64,000 nt of DNA from Thermoleophilaceae bacterium (GCA_036519295.1 DATDLN010000046.1:606-64605); one strand, 5' to 3'; shown: positions 16,511 to 26,774, counted from the stretch's first letter. Notes: a model not told the origin generated them from the sequence alone. Numbers and translations are program-made.

Positions 16511-17980
16511 GTGGCCACCCGCATGTTCATCGACGGCGAGTGGTGCGACGCCGCGAGCGGCGCCACCGTCGAGGCCACGAGCCCGGTGACGGGGGAGTCG
16601 CTCGGCCCGGTGGCGGACGGGGACCGCGAGGACGCACGCCGCGCGATCGCGGCGGCGGGCGCCGCCTTCAACGCCTGGGCGGCGCGGACCGGGTTCGAGC
16701 GCGCCGCGCTGCTCCACCGCGCCGCGGATGCCTGCGAGCGCCGCCGCGACGAGCTCGCCCGCGTCTGCACGCTCGACCAGGGCAAGCCGCTCAAGGCCGA
16801 GGCCGAGGTGGAGGTCGGCGAGCTGATCGAGTTCTTCCGGATGGCGGCCGAGGACGCCAAGCGCCTCGAGGGGCGAATTCCCGAGAGTGCGGCGCCCGGA
16901 AGGCGGGTGCTCCTGCTGCGGCGGCCTGTCGGGGTGCTCGGGCTCATCACCCCCTGGAACTGGCCGTACACGATGCCGGCAGAGGTGCTGGCGCCGGCGC
17001 TGGGGTGCGGCTGCACCGTCGTATGGACGCCCGCGCCCTCGACGGCGGTGTGCTCGGGCGTCCTCGCGGAATGCGTCGCCGAGGCGGACTTCCCGCCCGG
17101 CGTGTTCAACTTCGTGCTCGGACCCGGCCCGGAGGTCGGGGACGAGCTGGCCGTGAACCCCGACACTCAGGCGGTCGCCTTCACCGGTTCGACGCAGACC
17201 GGGATGATCGTCTCGCGCCAGGCCGCCGGCAAGATCCAGCTGCTCGAGATGGGCGGTAACGGGCCCTTCGTGGTGATGGACGACGCGGACCTCGATGCCG
17301 CGGCAGAGGCGGCGCAGGTCGGCTGCTTCCTGGGCGCCGGTCAGAGCTGCTCGGCCGCCGAGCGCCTGCTCGTGCACGAAGCCGTGCGCCAGGAGTTCGT
17401 GGCCCGCCTGGCGGCGCAGGTCGAGCGCGACGTCCGGCTCGGCGATCCGCTGGAGGAGGCCACCACGCTCGGCCCGCTCAACAACGAGCCGGGCGCCGCC
17501 AAGATGGACGAGCACGTCGCCGACGCGGTGGAGCGCGGCGCCGAGGTCGTTGCGGGCGGCGCGCGCGCCGACGGCTTTCCCACCCGGCTGTATTGGCCCG
17601 CGACCGTGCTCGACCGGGTGCCCCCGGACTCGATCGCCGTCACCCAGGAGACCTTCGGCCCGATCGCGCCGATCGTGTCGATCGGGTCCCTCGAGGAGGC
17701 CATCGAGCAGACGAACTCCCAGTCGTTCGGTCTCATGGCGGCGATCTTCACGGGCGACGTGGGGGCCGGCCTGCGCTACGCGGATTCGGTCCACATGGGG
17801 CTCGTGAACATCAACGAGACGACCAACTACTGGGAGGCCCACCTCCCGTGGGGCGGCCGCGGCCGCTCCGAGAGCGGCATCGGGCGTGTCGGCGGCCGCT
17901 ATCCGATGGAGACTCTCACCGAGCTTCAGACGGTGCTCATCCGATCAGAACCCCCGCTACCCCCCGGGAGGGCTTCATGA
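16511..17980 (+). CDS. NAD(P)-dependent aldehyde dehydrogenase, betaine-aldehyde dehydrogenase candidate by context
   Basis: 489 aa. Catalytic motifs LEMGGNGP and [11 protein letters not shown]. Its stop overlaps the betA start (ATGA). Confidence 0.85.
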   Translation: MATRMFIDGEWCDAASGATVEATSPVTGESLGPVADGDREDARRAIAAAGAAFNAWAARTGFERAALLHRAADACERRRDELARVCTLDQGKPLKAEAEVEVGELIEFFRMAAEDAKRLEGRIPESAAPGRRVLLLRRPVGVLGLITPWNWPYTMPAEVLAPALGCGCTVVWTPAPSTAVCSGVLAECVAEADFPPGVFNFVLGPGPEVGDELAVNPDTQAVAFTGSTQTGMIVSRQAAGKIQLLEMGGNGPFVVMDDADLDAAAEAAQVGCFLGAGQSCSAAERLLVHEAVRQEFVARLAAQVERDVRLGDPLEEATTLGPLNNEPGAAKMDEHVADAVERGAEVVAGGARADGFPTRLYWPATVLDRVPPDSIAVTQETFGPIAPIVSIGSLEEAIEQTNSQSFGLMAAIFTGDVGAGLRYADSVHMGLVNINETTNYWEAHLPWGGRGRSESGIGRVGGRYPMETLTELQTVLIRSEPPLPPGRAS

Positions 17981-19656
17981 CTTCGCACTACGACTTCGTC
18001 ATCGTCGGCGGCGGCTCGGCGGGCTGCGCGCTGGCCAACCGGCTGTCGGCGGATCCGGCCAACCGGGTGCTCGTGCTCGAGGCCGGGCGGCCGGACTGGT
18101 CGTGGGACGTTTTCATCCACATGCCGGCGGCGCTCGCGTTCCCGATCGGGAACCGCTTCTACGACTGGAAGTACGAGTCCGAGCCGGAGCCCTACATGGG
18201 TGGCCGGCGGGTGTACCACGCGCGCGGGAAGGTCCTCGGTGGATCGAGCAGCGTCAACGGCATGATCTTCCAGCGCGGCAACCCGATGGACTACGAGCGC
18301 TGGGCCTCGGGCGACGGCATGGAGACCTGGGACTACGCCCACTGCCTGCCGTACTTCAAGCGCATGGAGAACTGCCTGGCGGCGCGGCCGGACGATCCGT
18401 TCCGCGGCCACGACGGTCCGCTGGTGCTCGAGCGGGGCCCCGCCCGCGGTCCCCTCTTCGACGCCTTCTTCGCGGCGGTGCAGGAGGCCGGCTACGACCT
18501 GACGGAAGACGTGAACGGCTACAAGCAAGAGGGGTTCGCCCCCTTCGACCGCAACGTGCACGACGGAAAGCGGCTTTCGGCGGCCCGCGCGTACCTGCAT
18601 CCGGTCATGGATCGGCCGAACCTGAAGGTCGAGACCTTCGCGTTCACGACCAAGGTGCTGTTCGAGGGGAACCGTGCGGTCGGCGTCGAGTACACGCGCT
18701 ACGGGCGTCGCAAGGAGGAGGCGCGGGCCGGCGAGATCGTTCTCTGCGGCGGGGCGATCAACTCGCCTCAGCTGCTCCAGCTCTCCGGCGTGGGGGCCGC
18801 GGGCGAGCTGCGCCCACTCGGAATCGACGTCGTCCACGACCTGCCCGGTGTGGGCGAGAACCTCCAGGATCACCTCGAGGTCTACGTCCAGCACAGCGCG
18901 ACCCAGCCGGTCTCGATGGCGCCCTACTTCCTGATGAAGAACCGGCCCAAGGTCGGCCTCGAGTGGCTCCTGCGCAAGTCCGGCCCGGGCGCCACGAACC
19001 ACTTCGAGGCGGGCGGCTTCGTGCGCAGCAACGAGGACGTCAAGTGGCCCAATCTCATGTACCACTTCCTCCCGATCGCGGTGCGATACGACGGGACGCT
19101 GCCGCCGGGCGGAGGCGGCCACGGCTATCAGGTGCACGTTGGCCCGATGTACTCGGACGTCCGCGGCACCTGCAAGATCGTCAGCGCCGACCCGGGCCAG
19201 CATCCCGCGCTGCTCTTCAACTACCTCTCGACCGAGAGCGACCGGCGCGAGTGGATCGAGGCGATCCGGGTGACGCGCAAGATCCTGTCCCAGCCCGCCT
19301 GGGCGCACCTCGACGGCGGCGAGATCTCGCCCGGCGCCGAGGTCGACAGCGACGACCAGATCCTCGATTGGGTGAGGAAGGATGCCGAGACGGCGCTGCA
19401 TCCCTCGTGCACCTGCCGGATGGGAACCGACGACCTGGCCGTGACCGATCCATCGTCCCTACGCGTGCACGGCACCGAGGGCCTGCGCGTGGTGGACGCC
19501 GCGGTCTTCCCCTACGTCACCAACGGGAACATCTACGCGCCGGTCATGATGGTCGCGGAGAAGGCCGCGGACGTGATCCTCGGGAACACCCCGCTGGCGG
19601 CCGAGCCGGTCGCGTACTACCGGCACGGGGAGGAGGCGGCAGCGCCGGCCGCGTAG
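17977..19656 (+). CDS. betA: choline dehydrogenase (GMC oxidoreductase)
   Basis: 559 aa from [37 protein letters not shown]. Also [18 protein letters not shown] and the C-terminal GMC signature HPSCTCRMG...[11 protein letters not shown]. Confidence 0.9.
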   Translation: MTSHYDFVIVGGGSAGCALANRLSADPANRVLVLEAGRPDWSWDVFIHMPAALAFPIGNRFYDWKYESEPEPYMGGRRVYHARGKVLGGSSSVNGMIFQRGNPMDYERWASGDGMETWDYAHCLPYFKRMENCLAARPDDPFRGHDGPLVLERGPARGPLFDAFFAAVQEAGYDLTEDVNGYKQEGFAPFDRNVHDGKRLSAARAYLHPVMDRPNLKVETFAFTTKVLFEGNRAVGVEYTRYGRRKEEARAGEIVLCGGAINSPQLLQLSGVGAAGELRPLGIDVVHDLPGVGENLQDHLEVYVQHSATQPVSMAPYFLMKNRPKVGLEWLLRKSGPGATNHFEAGGFVRSNEDVKWPNLMYHFLPIAVRYDGTLPPGGGGHGYQVHVGPMYSDVRGTCKIVSADPGQHPALLFNYLSTESDRREWIEAIRVTRKILSQPAWAHLDGGEISPGAEVDSDDQILDWVRKDAETALHPSCTCRMGTDDLAVTDPSSLRVHGTEGLRVVDAAVFPYVTNGNIYAPVMMVAEKAADVILGNTPLAAEPVAYYRHGEEAAAPAA

Positions 19657-19691
19657 CGCTCCGGCAACACCCCGCCGGGTACCCTTCCGGC

Positions 19692-19898
19692 GTGGAGCGA
19701 GCGAGGGCCACGTGGACCGACGAGCGCCTTGACGACCTCGCCCGCCGCATGGATGACGGCTTCAACCGCGTGGACGCGGATCTGCGGGCGGTGAACGCCC
19801 GCATCGACGCCCGGCAGCGCACATTGGTCCAGGTCGGCGGTGGCATGATCGCCGCCTTCGTGGCGGGATTCCTCGGGTTGATCGCCACTCAGCTTTGA
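19692..19898 (+). CDS. small tail-anchored coiled-coil protein (hypothetical)
   Basis: The end of ORF 17886..19898 reads TWTDERLDDLARRMDDGFNRVDADLRAVNARIDARQRTLVQVGGGMIAAFVAGFLGLIATQL. GC3 is high and there is a C-terminal TM helix. The GTG start is uncertain. Confidence 0.4.
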   Translation: MERARATWTDERLDDLARRMDDGFNRVDADLRAVNARIDARQRTLVQVGGGMIAAFVAGFLGLIATQL

Positions 19899-19965
19899 CC
19901 CGTTGGAGCGGGGCCTCCGGGAGCGCGCCGCTACTCCAAGCGCAGGAGCAAGGTGCCGACCGGCC

Positions 19966-19990
19966 CGGCGCTCCCTCGCGGCGAGCGCCG
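19966..19990. terminator. 8-bp stem hairpin (CGGCGCTC-N9-GAGCGCCG) between the bet operon and the BNR gene
   Basis: Read directly. No U-tract. Confidence 0.25.
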
Positions 19991-20016
19991 GGAGTCTCGA
20001 GGAGAAGGGAGTCTCC

Positions 20017-21613
20017 ATGCGAAGAGCGTTGCTCGTGATCGGGGTGCTCGGGCTGACCGCTGGGGCAACCGCCCTGCCGGCCGGCGCCCACCCGCTCACC
20101 GTCAACACACCCGTGAACCTCAGTATCCCCAGCCCGTTCCCGCCGGGCTGCGGTGACGCCACCGAGGGGAACTTTCCGGGTATCAACTTCAACTACCAGA
20201 ACAGCGAAAGCGAGCCGTGGGTGGCGGTGAGCCCAACCAATCCGAACGACGTCGCGGCCTTCCGGCAGCAGGACCGCTGGTCCGACGGAGGCGCGCACGG
20301 CCTGCTGGCGGCCGTGAGCCACAACGGCGGCGATACCTGGGTCTACTCGAATTCCGCACTTCAGCCGCTGTGCCGGCGGGACCGCGGCCAACGGGGGCGA
20401 CTACGGTCGCTCGTCCGACCCGTGGGTGTCCTGGGCGCCCAACGGTGACCTCTGGGCGATCAGCCTGTCGGTCGATCGCACCACGACGCGCAACGCGGTC
20501 CTGGTCTCCAAGATGGCGGCCGGCTCGAACACGTGGACCGAGCCGACCACGGTGAGGTTCGACGCATCCCGCGCCGGTATCCCGCTCGGCAACAACTTCA
20601 ACGACAAGGAGTCGCTCACGGCCGACCGCACCGACCCGAGCGGCAACCTCGTCTACGCCGTCTGGGATCGGATCGTCTCGCCCAACGAGAACGCCCCGGC
20701 GTCGGCCTTAGAGAACGCACGCGCGTTCCACGGCCCGACGTGGTTCAGCCGCACGACGGAGGGGGCTTCGGCCAACCCCACCTGGGAAGAGGCACGCCCG
20801 ATCTACGACCCGGGGACGCAGAACCAGACGATCTCGAATCAGATCGTCGTCCTGCCGAACGGCGATCTCGTCGACGGCTTCCTGCAGATTCAGACACAGA
20901 GGAACGCCCAGGGCCTACGCGGAAGCAGCGTGCAGGTGATCCGCTCCGCCGACAAGGGCGAGACCTGGTCGAGGCGCGGCATCGTGGTCTCCAAGGTCAA
21001 CGCGATCGGCGAGACGGACCCAGAGCCGATCAACTGCCGGCCGTTCATCACCGGCAACCCGCCCTGCACGCTCGTGCGGTCCGACGGTGTGATCGTCGAC
21101 CTGGCGGTCGACTACTCGGACGGCCCGAACGCGGGACGCACGTACGTGGTCTGGCAGGACCACGCGGACAACCCGTTCGGCGACGACCTGATTCTGCTCT
21201 CGTACTCCGATGACGGCGGCCGGTCGTGGTCGGCTCCGCAGAAAATCAACCAGACGCCCGCGGGAACGTTCACCGACCAGGCCTTCGAGCCGACGGTGCA
21301 CGTGAACGACGACGGTGTCGTGGCAGTCTCGTACTACGACTTCCGGAACGACGAGTCCGGCGACGGCGAGCTGACGACCGACCACTGGATCGTGCACTCA
21401 CACGACGGCGGGGCGACCTGGACGGAGAACCACCTGGCGGGTCCGTTCGACATGCACCAGGCGCCGTACGCGCGCGGCTACTTCGTCGGGGACTACCAGG
21501 GCCTCGACTCACAGGGCAGCGCGTTCACGGCGCTGTTCACGGTTGCGAGCGCTGGTACGGGCGTGTTCCCGAACCCGAACCCAACCGACGAGTTCTTCAC
21601 GAACGCCTTCTGA
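20017..21613 (+). pseudogene. secreted BNR/Asp-box beta-propeller (sialidase-like) protein with one frameshift near 20365-20372
   Basis: ATG 20017 after the SD GAGGAGAAGGGAG, signal peptide MRRALLVIGVLGLTAGATALPAGA. Asp-box repeats SHNGGDTW, SADKGETW, SDDGGRSW, SHDGGATW. The reading frame of ORF 19903..20448 must switch by +1 into ORF 20426..21613 (...ALQPLC / CAGGTAANGGDYGRSSDPWVSW...). Confidence 0.7.
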
Positions 21614-21639
21614 GGACAACAGCGAGGAGGGAGCGAGTA

Positions 21640-21664
21640 GCGAGGGCCCCGTCGGGGCCCTCGC
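21640..21664. terminator. bidirectional terminator hairpin GCGAGGGCCCC-GTC-GGGGCCCTCGC
   Basis: Perfect 11-bp stem between convergent genes ending at 21613 (+) and 21676 (-). Confidence 0.6.
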
Positions 21665-21675
21665 CAACTCCGCGG

Positions 21676-23319
21676 CTACTCCGCGGGAATCTCCTTGTGC
21701 ACCATCGCCATGTCGATCCCCTGCTGCTTTCGCAACAGCCGGGAGCCGAGGTAGATCGCGAGGGCGACCACGTAGAGGATGCCCATGTAGATCAGCGAGC
21801 CGGAGTCGTTCAGGCCGTACACGTCGTCCTGGATCCACTTGTAGAGGCAGAACACGAGCAGCGCGAGGAACCCGATCGCGGTGACGGTGACAAGCGGAAG
21901 GCCGGCGATCCGGTACCGGGCGATCGGCGACGCGTTGTAGATCTCGGGCTTGCGCCAGGGCAGGATCGCGGCGGCGATCGCCGATCCGGCGAAGGTGATG
22001 GCGATCACCATCGTCGCCGCGAGCGTCCAGCTGTAGAACGTCGAGTTGAAGGCGTAGAACCAGCTGATCGGAAGCGCCGGGATCAGCATCAGGGCGAGTG
22101 CGACGTAGGGCACGCCGCTCTTGCTCACCTTCGCCACCGCCTCGGGAAGCACCCGGTCGAACGCGGTCGCGAAGACCACCCGGGTCGACGACAGGAACAC
22201 GGTCCCCACCCAGCCGAAGAACCACAGCGACATCAGCCCGACGAGGATGAACTGCCAGAAAGCGCCGTCCATCAGGAAGGCGGCGAGCAGTCCCGGGTAG
22301 GGGAAGAACGTGAACGGCGCATTGTCGACGTAGTTGAACAGCGCCGCCTGCCCCCAGTAGCTGTTGTTGGCCGCGTTGTAGAAGTCCCAGCCGAACGTCT
22401 TGGCGAACAGGAGCAGCGAGATGACGGCCAGAATCGTGGTCGCAACCAGCGCGCCGCCCATTGCCGCGATGTTCTTGCGGAAGTCCGAGGCGCCGCGGAC
22501 CTCGCCGTACAGCGTGGCGCCCCAGTTCGACCAGAGGTTGAAGAAGACGATGAACGGGACGAGCAGGAAGACCCCGCTGAGCGCGCCGAAGTCGCCGACC
22601 CCGCTGGGCGTGCCTGCGTCCCCGGCGTTGATCGTGGCCTGGTGGAGGTTGGCGCCGGTCCCCAGCACCTCCGCCGACTGCGTGTTGAGCGCCGAGATGA
22701 AGTCCGTCTTCGAGTTGACGAGCAGCAGCACGAACATGAAGGCAAGCCCGAGCAGCCCGCCGTAGAAGCAGAACTGCTGGATCTTCGCGTAGGTCCTGAT
22801 CCCGAGCGAGATGAAGAGCGACGCCAGAAGCGCGGTGATTACAGACGCCCAGAAGAGACCCTTGTCCTGCGAGAAGAAGTCGACGCCGCCGTCCCACCCG
22901 ACGATCGCGGACAGCGGGACGATGACCTCGACGTTAAGGATGTTGGCGTAGATCGGGACCCAGTGCCAGAGGATGAACCACCAGCCGGTAACGGCGAGCA
23001 CGAACCCGAGTCCGCCGCCGAGCGTGCGGCTGATCCACACGTAGTCGCCGCCCGCGCGCGGCATGGCGGCCACCAGGGAGGCGTAGGTGACCGCCTGCAG
23101 GACCAGATAGGCGCCGGACAGCAGCACGGCCCACATGAGACTGCCGTCCGGGATGAAGACGGCATAGGAGAAGATGAAGAAGCCGAGCGTGACGAGGTTG
23201 ATCGAGAAGAACGCGTAGACGAACGCGTCGCGAACCGCCCAGCCGCGCACGAGTCCCGTCGCCTTGCGAGCGAAGAGCGAAGGCTCAACCTCGCCGACCC
23301 TGCCCGTGGCACTCTCCAT
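21676..23319 (-). CDS. APC-family amino acid permease
   Basis: 547 aa, multi-helix. Sequence includes YASLVAAMPRAGGDYVWISRTLGGGLGF. SD AGGAGGGAGAGGG lies upstream. Confidence 0.85.
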   Translation of the reverse strand: MESATGRVGEVEPSLFARKATGLVRGWAVRDAFVYAFFSINLVTLGFFIFSYAVFIPDGSLMWAVLLSGAYLVLQAVTYASLVAAMPRAGGDYVWISRTLGGGLGFVLAVTGWWFILWHWVPIYANILNVEVIVPLSAIVGWDGGVDFFSQDKGLFWASVITALLASLFISLGIRTYAKIQQFCFYGGLLGLAFMFVLLLVNSKTDFISALNTQSAEVLGTGANLHQATINAGDAGTPSGVGDFGALSGVFLLVPFIVFFNLWSNWGATLYGEVRGASDFRKNIAAMGGALVATTILAVISLLLFAKTFGWDFYNAANNSYWGQAALFNYVDNAPFTFFPYPGLLAAFLMDGAFWQFILVGLMSLWFFGWVGTVFLSSTRVVFATAFDRVLPEAVAKVSKSGVPYVALALMLIPALPISWFYAFNSTFYSWTLAATMVIAITFAGSAIAAAILPWRKPEIYNASPIARYRIAGLPLVTVTAIGFLALLVFCLYKWIQDDVYGLNDSGSLIYMGILYVVALAIYLGSRLLRKQQGIDMAMVHKEIPAE

Positions 23320-23341
23320 CCCTCTCCCTCCTTTGCCGCAA

Positions 23342-23362
23342 GCACTCGGCTCGGCCGAGTGC
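23342..23362. terminator. hairpin GCACTCGGC-TCG-GCCGAGTGC downstream of the metallophosphoesterase gene
   Basis: Perfect 9-bp stem between stop 23373 and the next gene's SD. Confidence 0.45.
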
Positions 23363-23372
23363 GCGCGGATTG

Positions 23373-24314
23373 CTATCCGCTCGTCAGAACGAAGCGCTTT
23401 ACCTTCTTGCCCCCTTCGAGATCGACCACGGCGCCGAGCAGCTCACCCTGCTCGTATGAGCTGCCCGGGTTGATGCACAGCGTCCGGCCGATCCTGGCGT
23501 TCCCGCGCGACTCGTGAATGTGGCCGTGCAGCGACAGCGCCGGCTGGTGCTTCTCTATGGCCTCCCGAACGGCGGTCGAGCCGAGCGGCACCGGCGCCCG
23601 TCCGGCGTGCTTCAACCGCATGTCCTCCGTGAGCTCCGGCGCCTCGTCCAGCCCGGAGCCGTAGGGCGGGCAGTGGAAGCTGAAGATTGTGCGCTCGGCC
23701 GGTGCGGTCACCTCAGAGACGACGCCCTCGATTCGCTTCCCAAGCTCCGGCTCGTCCTCCTCGCGGTAAGTGTCCCAAGGGGTCCGGTTGGACCAGCCGG
23801 TTGACGCCACCTGAAAGCCGTCGATCTCGACTACGCGACCTTCGCAGGCCTCGACGTGCTTCGCTCGCGCGAGGATCTCGTCGACCTCGAACTGGTCGTC
23901 GTTCCCCGGGCAGACGAAGCAGCGCAGGCCGGACCCCGCGAGCCGCTCGTCGGCGAGCGCGGTCCAGCTCTCCACGCGCCCGAGCATCAGCTTGTGAAAG
24001 AGCTCGGTGGTCCGGTCCTCGTCGCCCTGGAGGCCGCGCAGCTCCTCCGGCGTCGTTCGGAACGGGTAGTAGCCGCGGCGCGTCACGGCGTCCTCGAACT
24101 TCTGGACCTCGTCCTCCCCGTTCAGGTCGTGGCGATTTTCCAGCAGGGTCGCGTACCAGCGCCCGTCGCCGCTGTCGACCACCGGGATGAGCGCCTTGCC
24201 GGTCATGTCGCCGCCGAGCACGATCGCGTCGGCGTCGTAGTGCTTGCCGCTGTTGAGGAACTTCCGCCAGCACGTGTCGGACCCGTGGATGTCCGTGGCG
24301 AAGAACAGCCGCAC
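23373..24314 (-). CDS. metallophosphoesterase (calcineurin-like)
   Basis: 313 aa. Motifs DIHGSD, LGGDMTGK, PGNDD, FHCPPYG, LHGHIHES. Confidence 0.85.
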   Translation of the reverse strand: MRLFFATDIHGSDTCWRKFLNSGKHYDADAIVLGGDMTGKALIPVVDSGDGRWYATLLENRHDLNGEDEVQKFEDAVTRRGYYPFRTTPEELRGLQGDEDRTTELFHKLMLGRVESWTALADERLAGSGLRCFVCPGNDDQFEVDEILARAKHVEACEGRVVEIDGFQVASTGWSNRTPWDTYREEDEPELGKRIEGVVSEVTAPAERTIFSFHCPPYGSGLDEAPELTEDMRLKHAGRAPVPLGSTAVREAIEKHQPALSLHGHIHESRGNARIGRTLCINPGSSYEQGELLGAVVDLEGGKKVKRFVLTSG

Positions 24315-24332
24315 GACGCAAGACTATGCCCG

Positions 24333-25091
24333 TCAGGGCCCGCCCGCCACCTCTTCCGGAAGCGTGTACCAGCGCTTGCGCTCGCCAATCCTCGCGCGCA
24401 GCTTCCAGGCGCGTGATTTCGGCTCGTTCTCGATCCGATCGAGAAGGGCCTCCATCTCGCCGTGGATGCGGGCCTTCTCGTCATCCGGAAGTTCGTAGCG
24501 CGAGAGGTGGTCGCGGCAGGCGGCGAGGTTGCCCGTGAGCGTGCGCCACAGCCCCCAGTCGGTCCTGCACATCTCAGCGACCCGAGCGGCGTTGATCGCG
24601 TCGCCGTCGCGCTCGTCGACCGAGTGGCCATGGAACAGCGCCAGCGCGTCGCGAACGTCCTTCTCGTTCAGCTCGGCGATCTGAAGCTTCGTGACGAGGA
24701 GCTCGGCCAATGGCAGCGTCGCGGGCTCCAGCTCGAGGCGGTCCGCCACGGGCACCTTGTGCGACATCGAGAAGGCGCCCACGAAGACGTCGACCTGGCG
24801 CTCGTTGCCGTTGTCGAAGAACAGCAGGCGCTCCGTACCGTGCAGCGCGTTGAAGGCCACGTGCGGCTCGTAGCCATTCGCTCGGAGCAGGCCCTGGACG
24901 GCGGCCGAGGAGCCCTTCGCGGTGACGAAGTCGACGTCGCCGTAGCTGCGCCTGAGAGCCGAGGGGAGCTCGCCCGGGGCCCGCAGGTGGATCGCCACTC
25001 CCCCGAGGACCCGCAGCGGCACGCCCTCCGAATCCGCGAGATCGAGCAGGCGCTTTGCCTCCGCCACGATGTCGGCCTGGATCTCGCCCAC
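24333..25091 (-). CDS. nucleotidyltransferase-fold protein (Pol-beta superfamily-like), function unknown
   Basis: 252 aa. LGGVAIHL...RRSYGDVDFV resembles the hG[GS]...DxD NTase core. The C-terminal half is helical. It lies 18 nt upstream of the phosphoesterase gene on the same strand. Confidence 0.5.
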   Translation of the reverse strand: MGEIQADIVAEAKRLLDLADSEGVPLRVLGGVAIHLRAPGELPSALRRSYGDVDFVTAKGSSAAVQGLLRANGYEPHVAFNALHGTERLLFFDNGNERQVDVFVGAFSMSHKVPVADRLELEPATLPLAELLVTKLQIAELNEKDVRDALALFHGHSVDERDGDAINAARVAEMCRTDWGLWRTLTGNLAACRDHLSRYELPDDEKARIHGEMEALLDRIENEPKSRAWKLRARIGERKRWYTLPEEVAGGP

Positions 25092-25214
25092 TCAGACGAT
25101 GCTAACCGGGGAGGGCGGCGCGTGCGCCCGCATAGCCACGCCCCATCCGAGCACCGCGGGCCCGGAAAGGGAGCATCCGACCGTCGAATTCGCTAGCGTG
25201 CCGCCCTTCGAGGA

Positions 25215-25241
25215 GCGGGCCCGGTTTGTGGCCGGGCCCGC
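25215..25241. terminator. 10-bp stem hairpin GCGGGCCCGG-N7-CCGGGCCCGC in a 257-nt intergenic region
   Basis: Read directly. It lies downstream of the RibD_C-like gene on the minus strand. No U-tract. Confidence 0.3.
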
Positions 25242-25348
25242 CGTGCAGCCAAGGCGGGTCGGGGGAACATTTAGCCGAACCGGCCCTGGCGAACTTCGAA
25301 GGGTAGCGGGCGAGGCGTGGCGCCCCACGCGCCTTTTGGCGCCAAGCG

Positions 25349-25912
25349 CTACGCCGGTTGGTAGACGAGGACGGTGACGCCGTCACCGCCGACCATCTTC
25401 GAGTCCGTGAGCCGCAGGCGCTTCTTGTCGCTCGTCTTGCCGAAGAGGCGCTTGCCGGTGCCGAGGACGACCGGGAAGACCATCAGGTGCAGCTCGTCGA
25501 CGAGGTCGCTCTCGATCAGCGCCTGCGCGAGCTGGCGGCTGCCGTGGACGTAGATGTCGCCGTCGAGCTCCTGCTTGAGCTTCGTGGCCTGCTCGACTGC
25601 GTCGCCCTTCAGCACCGTCGTGTTGTTCCACTCGGGGTTCTCGAGAGTCGACGAGACGACGTACTTGGGCATGCTGTTGAATTTGTCCGCGAACTCGCCG
25701 TCCCTTGACGGCCAGGCGTCGGCGAAGCTCTCGTAGGTCACGCGCCCGATCAGGAGCGCTTCGGACTCGAGGGCCTCGTCGAGCTTGAACTTGTCGCCGT
25801 CCTCTCCGCGGTCGAACTCGAAGCTCCAATTCGGGTACTTGAACTCCTCGCCTCCCGGCGCCTCCATGACTCCGTCCAGCGAGACGAACTCGGTTACCAC
25901 GATCCTTCCCAT
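25349..25912 (-). CDS. dihydrofolate reductase-like (RibD C-terminal domain) family protein
   Basis: From M12 of ORF 25349..25945: MGRIVVTEFVSLDGVMEAPGG...LLIGRVTYESFADAWP...YVVSSTL...IYVHGSRQLAQALIESDLVDELHLMVFPVVLGTGKRLF. SD GAGAGGA lies upstream. Confidence 0.8.
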   Translation of the reverse strand: MGRIVVTEFVSLDGVMEAPGGEEFKYPNWSFEFDRGEDGDKFKLDEALESEALLIGRVTYESFADAWPSRDGEFADKFNSMPKYVVSSTLENPEWNNTTVLKGDAVEQATKLKQELDGDIYVHGSRQLAQALIESDLVDELHLMVFPVVLGTGKRLFGKTSDKKRLRLTDSKMVGGDGVTVLVYQPA

Positions 25913-25953
25913 CTCGTCCTCTCTGTCGTTTGCGCGCAGTACCATAACAAAAG

Positions 25954-25971
25954 GTCATTTGATCAAGTGAC
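25954..25971. promoter_or_regulatory. 18-bp near-perfect palindrome GTCATTTGATCAAGTGAC, candidate ArsR operator
   Basis: The core TTGATCAA is a perfect palindrome. It sits in an AT-rich divergent region and ends 11 nt before the arsR-family start. Confidence 0.5.
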
Positions 25972-25981
25972 TATGTGAATA

Positions 25982-26311
25982 GTGATGGCAACGGACCAGC
26001 TCACCAGCACCTTCGCGGCCCTCGCGGACCCGACGCGCCGGGCGATCCTGGGACGCCTCGCGGATGGCGAGGCTACCGTGAAGGAGCTGGCCGAGCCGTT
26101 CCCGCTCAGCGTGCAGGCCGTGTCCCATCACCTAAAGGTGCTCGAGCAGGCAGGGCTCATCACACGGGGCCGCACCGCGCAGCTTCGACCCTCGCGGCTG
26201 CGGGCGGAGCCGCTCGGGGACGCCGTCGAGTGGCTCGAGAAGTATCGTCCGTTCTGGGAAGACAGCTTCGACAGCCTCGAGGCGCGCCTGCGAGCAGACG
26301 AGAATGACTGA
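25982..26311 (+). CDS. ArsR/SmtB-family transcriptional regulator
   Basis: 109 aa. ALADPTRRAILGRLADGEATVKELAEPFPLSVQAVSHHLKVLEQAGLI. Confidence 0.9.
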   Translation: MMATDQLTSTFAALADPTRRAILGRLADGEATVKELAEPFPLSVQAVSHHLKVLEQAGLITRGRTAQLRPSRLRAEPLGDAVEWLEKYRPFWEDSFDSLEARLRADEND

Positions 26312-26774
26312 GCGACCAAGCCGCGACGCGGCGGCAGAGGCGGGGATCAAGATGACGCGCGTCTTCGACGCCCCGCGGGAGCGAGTGTGGAGGGAGTGGA
26401 CCGAGCCCGAGCGGTTCGCGGACTGGTTCGGCGGCCCAGAGGCCGAGGTGCCCGTCTCCACGGTCTCGATGGACGTCACCGAGGGGGGTGCCTGGCGGGC
26501 GACGATGTTCGGGGGTCCCGACCGCCGCGAGATCCGGTGGAAGGGGACGTTCCGCGAGGTGATCGAGCCCGAACGGCTCGTCTTTACGATCTCCGACCAG
26601 CCCAGCGACGAGGAGTGGGAGCTCGTCATCGTCGTCCTCACCGACCTCGGCGACGGCCGTACCGAGATGCTCTTCGAGCAGCGGGGAGGCATGTCGGCCG
26701 AGCAGTACAAGCGCGCCGGTGAAGGCTGGGGCACGTTCTTCGATCGTATGACGGAGCGTCTTGCAGCGGCCTGA
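26304..26774 (+). CDS. SRPBCC/AHSA1-domain protein
   Basis: 156 aa. RVFDAPRERVWREWTEPERFADWFGG... is typical of AHSA1-like proteins paired with ArsR. It overlaps the arsR end by 8 nt. An alternative ATG lies at 26352. Confidence 0.75.
   Translation: MTERPSRDAAAEAGIKMTRVFDAPRERVWREWTEPERFADWFGGPEAEVPVSTVSMDVTEGGAWRATMFGGPDRREIRWKGTFREVIEPERLVFTISDQPSDEEWELVIVVLTDLGDGRTEMLFEQRGGMSAEQYKRAGEGWGTFFDRMTERLAAA

Noticed and set aside
21226-23517. 763-aa plus-strand ORF
   Set aside because: It lies opposite the APC permease (21676..23319), which has unmistakable multi-helix membrane protein sequence. The translation is Arg/Asp/Glu/Pro-rich.
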